A stretch of 64,000 nucleotides of DNA from Hemiscyllium ocellatum (Eukaryota): NCBI RefSeq assembly GCF_020745735.1, contig NC_083405.1:67422345-67486344 (forward strand), written 5' to 3'. Positions 63,628 through 64,000 of the stretch are shown here, piece by piece. The notes under the pieces are model-generated. The model had not been told where the DNA came from. It ran no database searches and was given only the letters and a program-made list of their open reading frames with translations. A program made the position numbers and the translations under genes. How positions within the stretch are numbered: the first letter of the stretch is position 1; each line of letters starts with the position of its first letter.

Positions 63628-63935
63628 TTGATTAGATTAGATTACTTAAAGTGTGGAAACAGGCCCTTCAGACCTTCAAGTACACACCGAACATCCGAAG
63701 AGCAACCCACCCAGACCCATTCCCCTACATTTACCCCTTCACCTAACACTACGGGCAATTTAGCATGGCCAATTCACCTAACCTGCACATTTTTGGACTA
63801 TGGGAGGAAACCTAAGCACCCAGAGGAAACCCACACAGGCACGGGGAGATTGTGCATACTCCATACAGACACTTGTCTGAGGCAGGAATTGAACCCGGGT
63901 CTCCGGCGCTGTGAGGCAGCAGTGCTAACCACTGT
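63628..63935 (-). mobile_element. HE1-type V-SINE
   Basis: It has the B box, V-domain and tail. Confidence 0.92.
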
Positions 63936-64000
63936 ATATCATATTTGTAAAGTACATTGAATCACTGTTCCAATGTACAGTGAAGTCTGTTTTATTTGTT

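Overview
Repeat-dense vertebrate genomic DNA, most likely from a cartilaginous fish. This is inferred from HE1-type V-SINEs with (TAATC)n tails, CR1/HER1-like LINEs and DeuSINE remnants. The only host gene I can support is on the minus strand and belongs to the cordon-bleu (COBL) actin-nucleator family. Four phase-compatible exons are well supported (27166-26809, 22473-22385, 18626-16618, 16498-16379) and encode two WH2 domains. The N-terminal Cobl/KRAP exons and a third WH2 were not found in the window. Most other sequence is nested transposon debris: CR1, Penelope-like elements (PLEs), Harbinger, Tigger/pogo, Rex1, RTE, a solo LTR, SINEs and MITEs. The most notable signals are: (1) at least four PLE families carrying minimal hammerhead-ribozyme (HHR) motifs; (2) a perfect 78-bp hairpin insertion with an intact HHR core in its loop; (3) a head-to-tail multimer whose unit starts at the predicted HHR cleavage site; (4) a LINE whose endonuclease is directly preceded by a tRNA-SINE-like head; (5) an intronic copy of a COBL exon fragment; (6) a long inverted Harbinger-containing homology. 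Family calls rest on motif recognition from memory with no database search, and repeat boundaries are approximate unless target-site duplications (TSDs) are quoted.
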